A stretch of DNA of 64,000 nt, taken from Eledone cirrhosa. Lineage: Eukaryota. Under the pieces are notes generated by a model. It saw only the letters and a list, made by a program, of their open reading frames with translations. It was not told where the DNA came from and made no database searches. The position numbers and the translations under genes are program-made. Shown piece by piece: positions 50,568-64,000 of this stretch (within the stretch, counting starts at the first letter, position 1; each line of letters begins with the position of its first letter). The DNA is taken from the NCBI GenBank assembly GCA_964016885.1, contig OZ024750.1, forward strand, positions 26,660,001 through 26,724,000, in the 5' to 3' direction.

Positions 50568-53100
50568 ATGTATGTAGATTTATATATGGGCTCTAGTGAT
50601 TCTGCCCAAATTACCGATCTTGTGGGCCTCTTTCTTCTATTTAACATAAATGCTTCTTTTCCCCACCTTAAAGGTGGTTTAAATCGTGATGACTGTCTTC
50701 TTCTTTCTACTAACCTTAGCCTATCAGAAATTGAAAAAAATAAAATACTTATTAGAACTTTCCTCAAAGACTATTATAGTCTCACTATTACATTTGAAAA
50801 CACAAGTAAAGTAGTTAATTTCCTTGATATAACTTTAGACTTATCTACGGGTATCTACCAACCTTACCATAAACCTAACCAAAACTTACATTACATACAC
50901 TCACAATCTAATCACCCTAGATCTATCCTTAAAAACCTAGCATATAATATCTCACTCAGAATTTCTAACCGTTCATCTAACCAGGATGTAACGAAGCTTT
51001 AGCTAGAAGTGGCTACAAAAACAAATTAGTATATATACCTTGTACCAATAATACTACAAACATACAACCCAATATTACTAACAAACACCAAATGAAATAT
51101 ACACACCTAAATGCCACTCACACTATACCCCAAAATAGCAACTTAAAACTTAATTTCTCTACCTCCTCTAATATACAATATAATAACTTTCAAAAAACCA
51201 TTCATCCTAATATTCCAATATATGTTAATAACATTACTAACAAAATTCCTAATAATCAGGCTAAAACACCTAAATCAGTGAATCTAACTAAACATATCTG
51301 TAATAAAATCACTAATACTAATTCTCTTAGTAAACATCAGGATACATCGTATAAAAATAAAAAACAACATCGAAACCGTAATAGACGAGTTACTTGGTAT
51401 AATGCTCCATTTAATCTACAAATTAAAGATAATATACCTAAAAAATGTGTTACTATCCTAGAGAAAAACTTCCCGCCAAACCATAAATACCATCAAATTT
51501 TAAATAGATCAACGGTCAAATTCTCCTACTCCACAACCAAAAATATACAACAAAATATAAGTGCCTAGCATATAAATGTAAGAAAAACCATGAATATACC
51601 ACCAACACATCAAACTAACCATAATACTAAAATAAACGACAGCAAACCACCATCTCATTCACATACAACAAGTCAAGAAAATTCCACACCTAATTTGACT
51701 ACCTCCCCTGATATAACATTCACGAAAGGTTGTAACTGTAGAAACAAAGCAAATTGCCCATTAAAAGGAAATTGCCTTATTAATAACATAGTATATAAAT
51801 GTAAAATTAGCACTAAGGACTCAACTTATTCATATATAGGAGCTACTTCTAACCAATTTAAAGTAAGATTTAATACCCACAAACACAGTTTTTAAAATGC
51901 CGCATTAGCTAAGACAACATCCTTAGCTGAAATAATTAATAATTATAGAAAAAAGAATATCGATTATAACATGACCTGGAGTGTGCTCAAAAGTGCCACC
52001 CCTTATCAAAATAATAGATATGAATGTAGATTATGTTCCCAGGAACTTTTTGAAATAATGAAATCTAAGGATATCCTATTAAATAAACGACAAGAATTAA
52101 TTATATCGTGCAATCATAGAATTAGAAAAACTTTCAAATATTATAAACCTAATTAATATATACTTATATTTTACAAATTATTTTAATTAATTTTTTTAAA
52201 TTAGTTAACCTATAATTAATATTCTACTACTAAGAACTGCATAATTTTATTTCCCTTTTACAGCTATCTTTTCCTAAAATTTATACCAATAAGTATACAT
52301 ATAAACTATTTTAATTTCCTGATATGAATCTAAATTCCTTGTAATCTATATAAGTTTGTTATTTCTCACTAATACATTTATCCCCCAAAAAAAGTTTTTT
52401 TCCTTCGTTTTTAACAACATTCTTTAATAACATCTAACTCTTATTTAGCATATCTATATGAATTAATATAAATTTATCCCTATAAATATATCTATCAATT
52501 AAATTAATTTAATTTCTTTTTATAGATCTAAATTTCTTATGTTTTAAATAAGATTGATATTTTTCACTAACACATTTATCGTAAAATGTAATTCTCCTTA
52601 GATTTTAACATTAGCATTATTCTTTAATAACATCAAATTTTCGTGTACCTTTCACCGGATTGACCTATTTTCATTCCCAACGTAATCTTTTCATTCAAAA
52701 TACTCTTTCCATTCAAAACTGAAGTCTGCATTCCTCTACCCCTAAATCAAATTTCTACTATTACCATTCTATCAACTTGACCACTTACTACTTTTCTATT
52801 GGTCAATTCAAAACCTGTTCCCAAACAGACCTATTATATTAAATCTTTGTTGGGTTTTTTCAATAAACAAATATTTTATTTCTGATCCTTACGGGGTCGA
52901 TAAAATAAAGTACCAGAAATATACTGGTTATTGATGGCCTTGTGCCTAAAGTAGAAACAATTATTTCTGAAGAGAGCATATATATGTGTAGGTATGTATA
53001 TTCCCTCTGATAGTTTGTAAACTTTTTACATAGATCTATATAATATACATACCAACACACACATATATATCCTAGAAACGATCGTAAAATGATGAATTTT
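50568..53100 (+). mobile_element. Penelope-like element 3' part (RT C-terminus, GIY-YIG, AT-rich 3' UTR, hammerhead)
   Basis: MGSSDSAQITDLVG, NRDD, FLDITL, SNHP; CNCRNKANCPLKGNC..VYKC..YIG; CRLCSQE. Confidence 0.88.
52960..53093 (+). ncRNA. Type I hammerhead ribozyme with long stem II
   Basis: attattt-CTGAAGA-..atatatatgtgt/acacatatatat..-GAAAC GATC GTA-aaatgat; 7-bp stem I; palindromic stem III. Confidence 0.65.
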
Positions 53101-53149
53101 TTAATATGAGGAACTATTCCTTTGTTTTTATTCATTATTTTTATTAATT

Positions 53150-53180
<31 letters not shown>

Positions 53181-53185
53181 TTATT

Positions 53186-53260
53186 ATGAATATCCGCTAC
53201 AGAGTTAAGAACAAGTAAATAAATACATTACTTGTTCTTAACTCTGTAGCGGAGATTCAT
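53186..53260. repeat. Hairpin/palindrome followed by diverged ~120-bp direct repeats (53282-53400, 53421-53545)
   Basis: atgaat.tccgctacagagttaagaacaagtaa / ttacttgttcttaactctgtagcgga.attcat. Confidence 0.8.
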
Positions 53261-53627
53261 TTGGTATCCTAGTTAGAATTTTAGACTACGACTTCTGCTA
53301 TACCATTTACGTGGTTTTGTCTTTGCGTGCTATTGTTCTCCACATTCCATATATGACGTATTATCTTCGTTTTTTTCGTTCAATGCCAGAGAACGTCTCT
53401 ATGCACCACCTAAGAGAACATTAGTCTACGACCTCTTTTATACCGTAAACGTGGTTCTGTCTTTGCGCGTAATTGTTTTTCACCGCTCCTATTAATGACG
53501 TATTATTCGTTTTTTCCCGTTCTTTGCCTGCGAACGTTTCCACGTACCAAAGTATCGTCTTCCTGTCTTCCTCCGGTTGCAACGTTTTTTGAAATGTCCA
53601 GTTCTGCGTTTACAGATTGACTTTGTT

Positions 53628-53678
53628 AGTTTCAGAAGATCCCGTTAAGGGTGAAAGCAGCGATTCTTTGCTTAAACT
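53628..53678 (+). ncRNA. Degenerate hammerhead (U4 changed to A)
   Basis: agttt-CAGAAGA-t ccc gttaa ggg t-GAAAgca..tgcTT-aaact. Confidence 0.45.
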
Positions 53679-54196
53679 TTAATCTGTTATTTTAATAAAT
53701 ATTTGCTCTACGGTTCTTATATATTTGATATATATTTATCCTTATCGAGCCCTCTTTGGATTTTAGTCTTCAAATTTATTATTATTACTATATATTTATA
53801 TATATATATATAATCGAAGAAATTGAAGAGAGAGAAGCAGACCGTTAAAATGTATTTATAAGGAGCTGTTACACATGTTACGCCCAAGTTGGGCTCCTCG
53901 GAATCTCAGAGGAAAGTAAAGGGTTTAATTAGGGACCTGAATGGGTATGAATACGATTTTAACATCGAAATTCATATCTCGGTGTTACAAAGCTAGGTGC
54001 TTATGTTTGTGTACATTCCGGTGGTAATTTGGAATTATATGCTTAAATACATTTCCCTATTATAAAATATTTATTTATTCCCCAAGTCTATTTACTACAT
54101 GTTAATTTAATTATGCTTTGTCAAGCCAGTTTGCAGAGGCACGCTTCAGTTAAGATATGAATGTGAGTGTTCAATAATAGTTAAGTTCAATAATAT

Positions 54197-55978
54197 TTAA
54201 GTTCAACGAGAAAATCTACACCCAAAATGAAGGAGCAGCCATCGGCGTCAGCATAGCTGGTGATGTTGCCAACCTTTTCATGGTATGGTGGGAAAGGAGA
54301 CTTAAAGATCCCCTTAATGAAAGCTCCATAGACCTCATCATGTACTCTCGTTATGTAGACGATATCAATATAGTTATAAGAACATCCCCACAAGAGAGCA
54401 ATAACAAGTTTGATTTAGAACGTAGCACGATGGAAAGCATCCAGCAGATAGCTAATTCCATACACCAGAGTATAACTGTAACTATCGACTTCCCTTCCAA
54501 ACACCCTAACAAATGACTACCTGTATTAGACACAGAACTCTGGATTAACACTATAGACGAGAGAGCCCAAATTCTCCACTCACACTATGCTAAACCCATG
54601 GCCTCCAAATACCTGATACTCAAAAACTCAGCAATATCCAGTAGTGCTAAGTTTAATATTCTGATCGCAGATTTGGTACGAGTGATGAAGAATGTGTCCC
54701 GCATGTGCGACCCAACAGAAATGGAAATACACATCCAACACTTCATCAACCACATGCAGTTCTTTGGCTACAACCAAAGAAACAGAGTCAGAGTATACGA
54801 AGGAGCCATGGAAAAGTATAAGACCCTCATAGAACTGGACATGAAAGGAATTTGCCCATTATACAGGAGCAAATCATGGAATAGCTTAGATAGGGCTAGA
54901 CATAAGATAGGGAAAGCCACCTCATGGTACGACAACCAGAGATACCAGAGTGTCATGTTTGTGGACGCCACCCCTGGAGGGAAATTAGCTGACCAGTGTA
55001 GAAAGGCCCTGAGAAAGACCCCCTTAAAAATAAAGGTGGTAGAAAAGCCAGGAACCACCATAAAATCCCTGATCAGCAAAACCTACCCTTTTAAGAAAAC
55101 CCACTGTACCAATAGGAAATGTATCATATGTAAGGTGAACCCCCGGATAAACTGTAAAACTAGAAACGTAGTCTATAGCATAAGATGTACAGAGGGAACT
55201 TGCAGAAACATGACAACAACATACATAGGTGAGACAGCTCGTAGCATAGGTGAAAGGATAGACCAACACTGGGGGGAACTAAAAGGACGAAAAAACGGGT
55301 CAGTACTATACGAACATGCTAGACAACAACATGATGGTAACATAGACAACATAAAAATTAGAATAATATCTAAACATAGAAATGACCCAGCAGATAGGCA
55401 AATCAGAGAGGCCAGTGAAATAGAAATTAGAAGACCAAGGCTAAACAGAAAGAATGAATGGAATAACAACAACACCCAAACAAACAACACTGACCTAAGA
55501 GAAGTATAAATAAGTAAATAAAATTAGATAAATAAATAAATAAATACATACACAAGCACAGTAACAATAAGCACATAAACACACACTAGTCACACAGCAA
55601 ACATAACAATATACACACACGCAAACGCATGCGCAAAGAAGACAAAATAAAATAAACAAACAAGCAAATAAATAAATAAATATATAGACAGACTGAATAA
55701 AAATGGCGTAGACATACAACACAACAGGAGGAAAATATAACACCTCTGACGATGTTGCAGATGTGCAACGAAAGATTTATGATAAACTATATATATGTAT
55801 TTGTGTCTACATTGTATCTGTATTATTTTTGACCGTCGGTCAGTCAATGGCAACATTGAGGACCGAGTGAGTTAGATTACCGATATAAAAGACAGCGAGA
55901 AGCGAAAACCAACCAAACAGTGAGTGTGTTCTGTTATTAATTCTGGCAATATTACACAAATATGACCCTCCACAAGTA
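54197..55978 (+). mobile_element. Penelope-like element (RT plus GIY-YIG), 5'-truncated; near-identical to 22245-24178
   Basis: YSRYVDDI; CTNRKCIIC..NVVYSIRC..YIGETARSIGERIDQH; one stop at 54514-54516. Confidence 0.92.
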
Positions 55979-55979
55979 T

Positions 55980-56109
<130 letters not shown>

Positions 56110-56359
56110 TTTTTTCAGTCTGGTCTACCTCTGGTGGTAAGGTCCGTACCGTAGATATGATTCAATGTAATCTTGTAAAATACTACAAATAAAGTTCTGT
56201 GTTTCGGTGAATTTATTCTTTAGAAACAGAGTCAGATATTAGGTATTAAATTAACAATGAAAATGAAAACAAAACAAAAACAAAGTTATAAAGTAACTTG
56301 ACTTTTTGCTTTTTATTTTCATTGTTAACTTGATAACACACACACAAGCACACACCCAC

Positions 56360-56486
<127 letters not shown>

Positions 56487-56614
56487 AAGTTATACTTAAA
56501 ATTGTTGGGTTACAACTAGTAAATATTTATAACTGATATAAAAGCACTCGACAAATATTTGGAGTATATTTACAATATTAAATAAATGGAAAACTATATT
56601 TATAAAACCATATT

Positions 56615-56680
56615 TATTTCATTATATATATTTCGGGGATATCATATTAACAATATGCTATGCCTTCATCAGACAAAATA
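56615..56680 (-). ncRNA. Type I hammerhead ribozyme downstream of the minus-strand Penelope
   Basis: Minus: tattttgt-CTGATGA-hairpin-GAAA TATATA TA-atgaaata; 8-bp stem I with two G.U pairs; overlaps AATAAA. Confidence 0.65.
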
Positions 56681-57048
56681 CAATATAAACAGTTTTATAG
56701 ATAAATATATTCGACATACCGTAATAAACATCAACTTCATTTGAAGAGGTTTACGCTAGCAGTGAAAATACAGAGAGAAAGAAAGAGAGAAAGAAAAGAG
56801 GGAAAAAAAAAAAAAAAAAAAAGAAAGAAAGAAAGACAAAACGAAGAAAAGGAAGAAAAAGAAGAAAAAGTAAAAGAAGAAATGCATGGAACAAAATAGA
56901 GAGATGGAAAAATAGATAAAGCGAAGAGCTTCATGTAAAGAGACAGAAAGAGATACATATATATATATAGAGAGGAAATAGAGATAGATACATATATAGA
57001 AAATTAGATAGTGGGAGGTCATTTTGAGTAAGTGTATCAATGATACAT

Positions 57049-57079
<31 letters not shown>

Positions 57080-57739
57080 GCTCAAGTATTAATGTAAGGG
57101 ATATATATAGAGAGATATAGAGAGATATATATAGAGAAAAAAATTTAAAAATAGCCAGACATATTCGACGCGTAGAAAACCCTATGTTTTAATGTATTAG
57201 TATTTATAAAACTTACACTATATTGTAAATATCAGTATTCCTGAATGAAACAAGTATTCACAATGTGTGAAAATTCATTATCTTATGTTTAGTTTTAAAA
57301 AATTCATATGTTTATGTGACAGCTACAAACATCAATGTGAATCCAACTGATTCACTCCGCAAACTCTAGGTTACCGGAAAACATTCTCAATGTGGTATAA
57401 AAATTTGAGCGTATTATTATTCTTGCGATTACTCTACAAGATTATCTATCAAGCATAAATAGAGAGCAGATTTCAATATACTAATCCAAAATATATATTA
57501 TATTATAAACAAAGATAACAATAATAATAATAATAATAAGTAAAAATATATAAAAATATAGAATAGAAAACTAAAAAAATAAAAATAAAAAATAAAAAAA
57601 TATTACGAAAGAATATTACATAATAAAAATATTGCATATTAAAAATACTACGTATTAAAAAATATTACGTATTAAAAATTTACATATAAAAATATTAAAA
57701 ATAAAATAAAAATATTATAGAATACTACAATACTAAAAG

Positions 57740-57900
57740 AATAAAAATAAAAATAAAAATAAAAATAAAAATAAAAATAAAAATAAAAATAAAAATAAAA
57801 ATAAAAATAAAAATAAAAATAAAAATAAAAATAAAAATAAAAATAAAAATAAAAATAAAAATAAAAATAAAAATAAAAATAAAAATGAAAATAAAAATAA
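57740..57900. repeat. (TAAAAA)n microsatellite
   Basis: Direct reading. Confidence 0.95.
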
Positions 57901-58265
57901 ACCACAAAGAACAACGCTTCAAAGTTAATTGACAATATATTGCCAAGTTGACTACAAGACAAAGCCAAAAATTATCTATCAAATCACATCTAGCAAAGAA
58001 TATCGCAAAAAGATTATGATGTCCAATAATGTCTACATATGTTCCTATATTTAATATAGAAGTTTATCTAGTGTAAGGTTAATTCAAAAAATTTGGAGCA
58101 TCGGCTTTTAGGGTAGCTTAATTTTTCATGAGGAATGTTTAGATAAAAATAAAAATAAATAAAATAAAATAAACAATAAAAAGAGTAAAAAGAGGGAATC
58201 ATAGATTTAGGAATCAAAAGATTTATCGGCTAGTTCTCATATAAATATAAATCAAACTAAACATA

Positions 58266-59272
58266 CTACATTTTAAATTTAAATTTATATTTAAACGTTG
58301 AGTTTAATCTATGTTTGAAACAACTGAATAAATTTGTCCGTAGGTTAAGGGAATTTTTAGATTTTAGTATAAAGAATATCTCCTCTGCGCAGAGGTCACA
58401 TGATATTTTATTTGGATCTGTGAAAGAATTCTTGTGGTTATTATAGCGAAGTTTAAATTCCGTCGATGTGGAACCGACGTAGTTAAAAGAATTAGAGTCA
58501 GTATTAACATTACAATTGTATACTATATTTTTAACTAAGCAGTTGTTATTTAACGGACATTTAGATCTATCTCTACAGTTACATGTGTTAACTTGTATAT
58601 TATTTATGCTATTATCAGTAGGTTTTAAGTTCCTATTATTTATTCTATTAATATTTTGTGCTAAATTTTTGGTGGATGAGTAGGTTAATTTAATTGTATG
58701 CCTATTGAAGATTGAGTGATACCTATGTGTTCTAGGGAAGCGATTATCAAGAGCTTTGAAAAATAATTTAGCGATGTGGGTTTTAATGTTTAGTGAGAAA
58801 GGGGGGGCAAACCAAATTATGTTCCTAGTTCTATTTCTTTTTTGTCCTTTGGAATTATTGTAATGCTTACTATTATAGTTGTTAATGTTGTTGCCGTAAT
58901 TAAAAAAGTTGTTACTTTGTTTAGTTTGTCTATCATTATCTATGTACACAATCTTATCATCATACCCTGCCCTAGCTAGTGCATCATTATAGTATTGGGC
59001 CTTTTCGTCAAAAATCTTTCTATTCGACGAGATCCTAGAGATACGTTTTTGGACTGAGTTTACTATAGTGTTTTTGACAGATCTGGGGTGGTTAGAGTTA
59101 AAGTTGACATAGTTTAAGTTTTCATTCAACTTGTGAAAAGGATAGTGGAGACATGTGTTGAGATTTAATGTTATATCTAGGAAATTGACTATTCTATGGT
59201 TGTTCTCAATTTCTATTTTAAGGTTAAAGTAATTAAAAAATTTTGTAATTTGTTTACATTTTCTATTTAGTT
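58266..59272 (-). mobile_element. Penelope-like element 3' part (RT thumb plus GIY-YIG)
   Basis: [16 protein letters not shown]; IIWFAPPF; [30 protein letters not shown]. Confidence 0.88.
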
Positions 59273-59274
59273 CA

Positions 59275-59655
<381 letters not shown>

Positions 59656-59779
59656 CAAGGTGATGATCCAGCTTGGACGTAGTCCAGAGACATAAAAAAG
59701 TAAAATGTATATATATATATATATGCGTGTGTGTGTATGTAGAAGAGGGGTCTCAAGCTTAATGACATAAAAGGGCCAT

Positions 59780-60058
59780 TACGTTCTGGAGGAGAGGCAC
59801 AGTGCGCCAAACCTGTTGGTTGGTGATGATTTTCACCCGGTATAATCATTTCTACTAAAGGCACAATGCATGGATTTTGGGTTTTAGGGTCCCGTCAATT
59901 ACATCGATCCCAGTTCACAACTGGTACTTAGTTTATCGACTCCAAAAGGATGAAAGGCAAAGTTGAGATCGGCGGGATTTGAACTCGGAACGTAAAAACG
60001 GAAGCAGTACCGCTAAGCATTTTACCAGATGTGCTAACGATTCCACCAGCTCACCGCC
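59780..60058 (-). mobile_element. tRNA-derived SINE, near full length
   Basis: Minus: ggcggtgagctggtggaatcgttagca...GAGTTCAAATCC..ctttgcctttcatcc..gtcgataa..aagtaccagt. Confidence 0.8.
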
Positions 60059-60275
60059 TTATTTTCACCAGTTATACCAGTTATAATGGAATCTGAAAGA
60101 TTGGTTCTACCACGGGCCACAGAAAGGTAGTTTGCGGGGCGCATATTTGAGCCCCATGTTGGAGTTAGATAGATATATAGACGTGTACCAAACACACACA
60201 CTTCTTACTCTCTCTGTCTGTCCCTCTTTCTCTCTCTTTCTATGTCTCTCTCTCCCCCTCTCTTTCTCTCTCTCT

Positions 60276-60371
<96 letters not shown>

Positions 60372-60494
60372 GCTGTTATTTGACGTTTTTGAAAAGAGCT
60401 GTGGCCTCTGACCCGGCAATAAAAACTGGAGTCAAAATTCTTTCTGTACCAAAAACAGGGCACACAGAGACACACACGCACACACACACACAGG

Positions 60495-60567
<73 letters not shown>

Positions 60568-61379
60568 TGTTAGTGTGCACCCTAGCGTGTATGTGTGTGT
60601 GTGTATCTATCTATGTATATATATAAGGGATACAGATATTGTTTGTTCATTGTCACTAATTATCTCAATTCATTCTTTGTGATCGAGGCACTTTATTTTG
60701 CAAGGTACTATTTTTCCCTTGAGTTTGTGATTTCAGAGAAAGGTAAGAAATTCTTCATAATTTGCATCTTTTGTATTTTGACTTGACAGTTTGAATTGTA
60801 GAATTGTCTATCAACTCAAAATATTACAACAGCTAACAGTGAAATATAGAATTAAAAAAAAAGAAGCTTTTCCGGCTGAGATCAAATGTTTGAGAACATT
60901 CACATCTGTTTTTCAAAAATATATAATTTGAAATAGTTTTGTTTTGGACTGAAACTTTTTGTATTTAATTCATACGAGTACTTTTTAATGATTTTTTAAA
61001 AGATTCTAACATAACTTGATTTAGCCCAGTAATTTACTGATATCAAAATCAGTAGTATATAGAAAAATGGAAAAATAGGGTAGGGGGCGTTTCGTGATTT
61101 CGAGGGGTAAAAGGGGGCGTTTGGCTGAAATGGGTTGAGAACCTTTGATCTTATTCATTCTTAAGACCTATATCGTTTTTACAATCTTCATTCTTAAGAC
61201 CTTTCCCCCTTTATACGACCAATCATGGCGTTAAATATTTCAATAAAATCTTTAAAAAAAAACAAAAAAAAACCTATATTGAGACTTTCAAACTTGGCTC
61301 ATACGTTTAATAGAAAAATTATTAATAAAAAAAAAAACTTGTTGTTTCAACAACGAAAACACACTTGATAACAACGTAA

Positions 61380-62415
61380 TAATAATAGGCTAAAGGCCAA
61401 CAATTTTGGGGTAGGGAAGGTCGATTAAATCACTCCAGTGCATTACTGGTACTTTATTTTATCGACCCCGTAAGGATGAAAGGTGAAGCTAATCTTGGAG
61501 GGATTTGAAATCAGAGTGTAAAGGGCAATAACTCTGTGTCACACAACAGGCTATCCAGCATTCTACCGATACTGCCAATCCACAATAATAATAATAATGG
61601 TTTCTGATTTAGGCACAAGGCCAGCAATTTGGATGAATGGGAAAGCTAACCTCGACAGGATTTGTACGTAAAACGCCGTAACTACATGCCGCAAATAATA
61701 ATAATAATAATAATAATAATAATTGTTTCTACTTTTGGCACAAGGCCAGCAATTATCCAGTGTATTACTGGTACTTTATTTTATCGACCCCATAAGGATG
61801 AAAGGCAAAGTTAATCTCGGCGGGATTTGAACTCAGAATGGCAAGGGCCGTAACTCTATGCGTCAAAGCATGACGTCCGACCCTCTACCGATACTGCCAA
61901 AATAATGTTTCTACTTTTGGCACAAGGCTCCCAATTACCCAGTGCATTACTGGTGATTTGGGGGGTAATTGCTGGCCTTAATAATAATATGCATTCTTTA
62001 TTAACCACAAGGGTTGACATCAAGCATAACATTAAGGAAAGCACAGGACAATACAGGACGGTACAGAACGGTACAAATGGGCATTTCTGCATGTAAAAAA
62101 AAAAAAAATTATATTCATAAAAAGAAACAAGGAAAAAATTCCTCAAATGGGGAAGGTGGAGGAGACATCCGAGGATCACTCATGGAGAAAGCTCACAAAA
62201 AAGCCAGTGTTACCCTGACGGCTAGGGTAAGTGCCCTCTTCCACTCTTCATTCTACGATACTACAGGCACACAATGGTTTCTTAGCTATACAAGACTGCT
62301 GTTGATAATTGTTTCTACTTTTGGCACAAGGCCAGCAATTAACCCCAGAGCATTACTGGTACTTTATTTTATCGACCCCGTAAGGATGAAAGGCAAAGTT
62401 AACCTCGGCGGGATT
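61380..62415 (-). mobile_element. Cluster of at least 4 SINE copies or fragments separated by (AAT)n
   Basis: Repeated ggcacaaggccagcaatt..cattactggtactttattttatcgacccc.taaggatgaaagg. Confidence 0.8.
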
Positions 62416-63010
62416 ATTGATAATAATTTCAAATTTTGACCGAGATTCAGTCCCAGGTGATAGTTAATTCACTTCACTAACGTCGTTGATACCCCTGCCA
62501 AAGAATTAAGTTTCATTTAATCTTTCACTTTCCTGTGAAACTACTGGTTTGGAACGAAAGAAATCAATATAGCATAAACGTTCCATTAATTACAATATGG
62601 ATCTATTTGTATATATATGTCACAGTTTTCTATACGATACGTTTACGATTAAATAGCTGCCCTTTTCGTCATGAATATTCGACAATTAAACTCTGTATTC
62701 ATAACCACGTTTCTACCACATGATGCTTACTTCCTCGTTTACTTAATATTTATAAAACTTAAGAAACGAATCTGTGTAATAATACAATTTTTTTAGGTTT
62801 CTTTTAATTTCACTTTTTTTTTCTTAGCTGTTTTTGTTGTTGTTTTTAGAGTACAGTAATGTCATGTAAGAAACACCGGAAGTAGAATGGGTTGCAGGTA
62901 ACGCCATCTGGAAGAGATTAATCAAATTCGGTTTAGTTTTGGCCTGTAAGGTTTCACATGTCGCTCTTGACACTGGCTGTAGATTATTTAAACAGTGCTT
63001 CTCATCTTCT

Positions 63011-63097
<87 letters not shown>

Positions 63098-63130
63098 TTA
63101 TGTATATATATGTATATATATTTGTGTGTG

Positions 63131-63186
<56 letters not shown>

Positions 63187-63522
63187 TGTGTATGTGTATA
63201 TATGTGTGTGTGAATATATATATATATAAGTTAAAACAATGAAATAAAAAATCAAGTCATTAGAGATATACTTTACTGCTTTACGATCGTTTCTAGGTGA
63301 TGACTATACATTGTAGCTATACTTCGTTATTGATCTATGTAAGGTTAGTTACAAAATATCAGATAAAGAGAATATTTACTTATATGCATATCACCAGCTG
63401 TTTTACCTTATATTATGACTTTGTTTTCTGGGATTTATCTTAACCTACAATATTTTCAACATATGGATTACACTGAGTTCTTCATGCAGAACAGACACCA
63501 CAACTTACCGTGGATATCTCTG

Positions 63523-63588
<66 letters not shown>

Positions 63589-63649
63589 TATGTGGGTGTG
63601 TGTGTGTGTATATATATATATATGTGTGTGTATGTGTATATATATAATG

Positions 63650-63690
<41 letters not shown>

Positions 63691-63702
63691 ATGTGTGTGT
63701 GT

Positions 63703-63763
<61 letters not shown>

Positions 63764-64000
63764 ATGTATGTATATATATATATATATTTTTTTTTTTTTC
63801 ATATTTATTTATTTATTCATTGTGCAATGAAAAAAGGAAGAAGAGAAAGAAAGAAATGTAAGCAGTATTTCTAGTAATCCAACACAACGATAGGGACGTT
63901 AGTGATAATGGTGACAGCAACAACGACAACCGCAACATCATGGTGAAATGTAATAAACACCAACCTATCTCTGTGTCATTAGATTCACTACTACTACTAC

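Noticed and set aside
63275-63400. Minus-strand GAAAC-GATC-GTA hammerhead 3' half
   Set aside because: No matching CUGANGA with a complementary stem I upstream

Overview
Repeat-rich, AT- and microsatellite-rich animal genomic DNA, most likely an octopus or other cephalopod (inferred from the tRNA-SINE families and the strongly expanded GC-rich rDNA variable regions). The centrepiece (about 27.2-37.5 kb) is a solitary, rearranged 45S rDNA unit: a putative Pol I start and 5' ETS, then the 5' half of 18S (with a 5x15-bp internal amplification) fused directly to the 3' part of 28S, then 76-bp spacer subrepeats. The 3' half of 18S, ITS1, 5.8S, ITS2 and the 5' part of 28S are absent. A 3.8-kb R2 retrotransposon sits at the canonical 28S R2 site. 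It has three zinc fingers, a Myb domain and an uninterrupted RT, and a candidate HDV-like 5' ribozyme built partly from 28S sequence, but no recognisable CCHC/endonuclease domain. The flanks contain 135-nt EGF-like exons of a MEGF/SCARF-like gene (some decayed), at least seven Penelope-like element fragments, about ten minimal hammerhead ribozyme motifs (including a U3-A8 core variant and long-stem-II forms), a full-length but disrupted R4/Dong-type element inside a (TACA)n tract, RTE/CR1 LINE fragments, SINEs and several inverted repeats. Most short ORFs in the track are microsatellite or rDNA-shadow artefacts. All structures were read by eye and none were computed.
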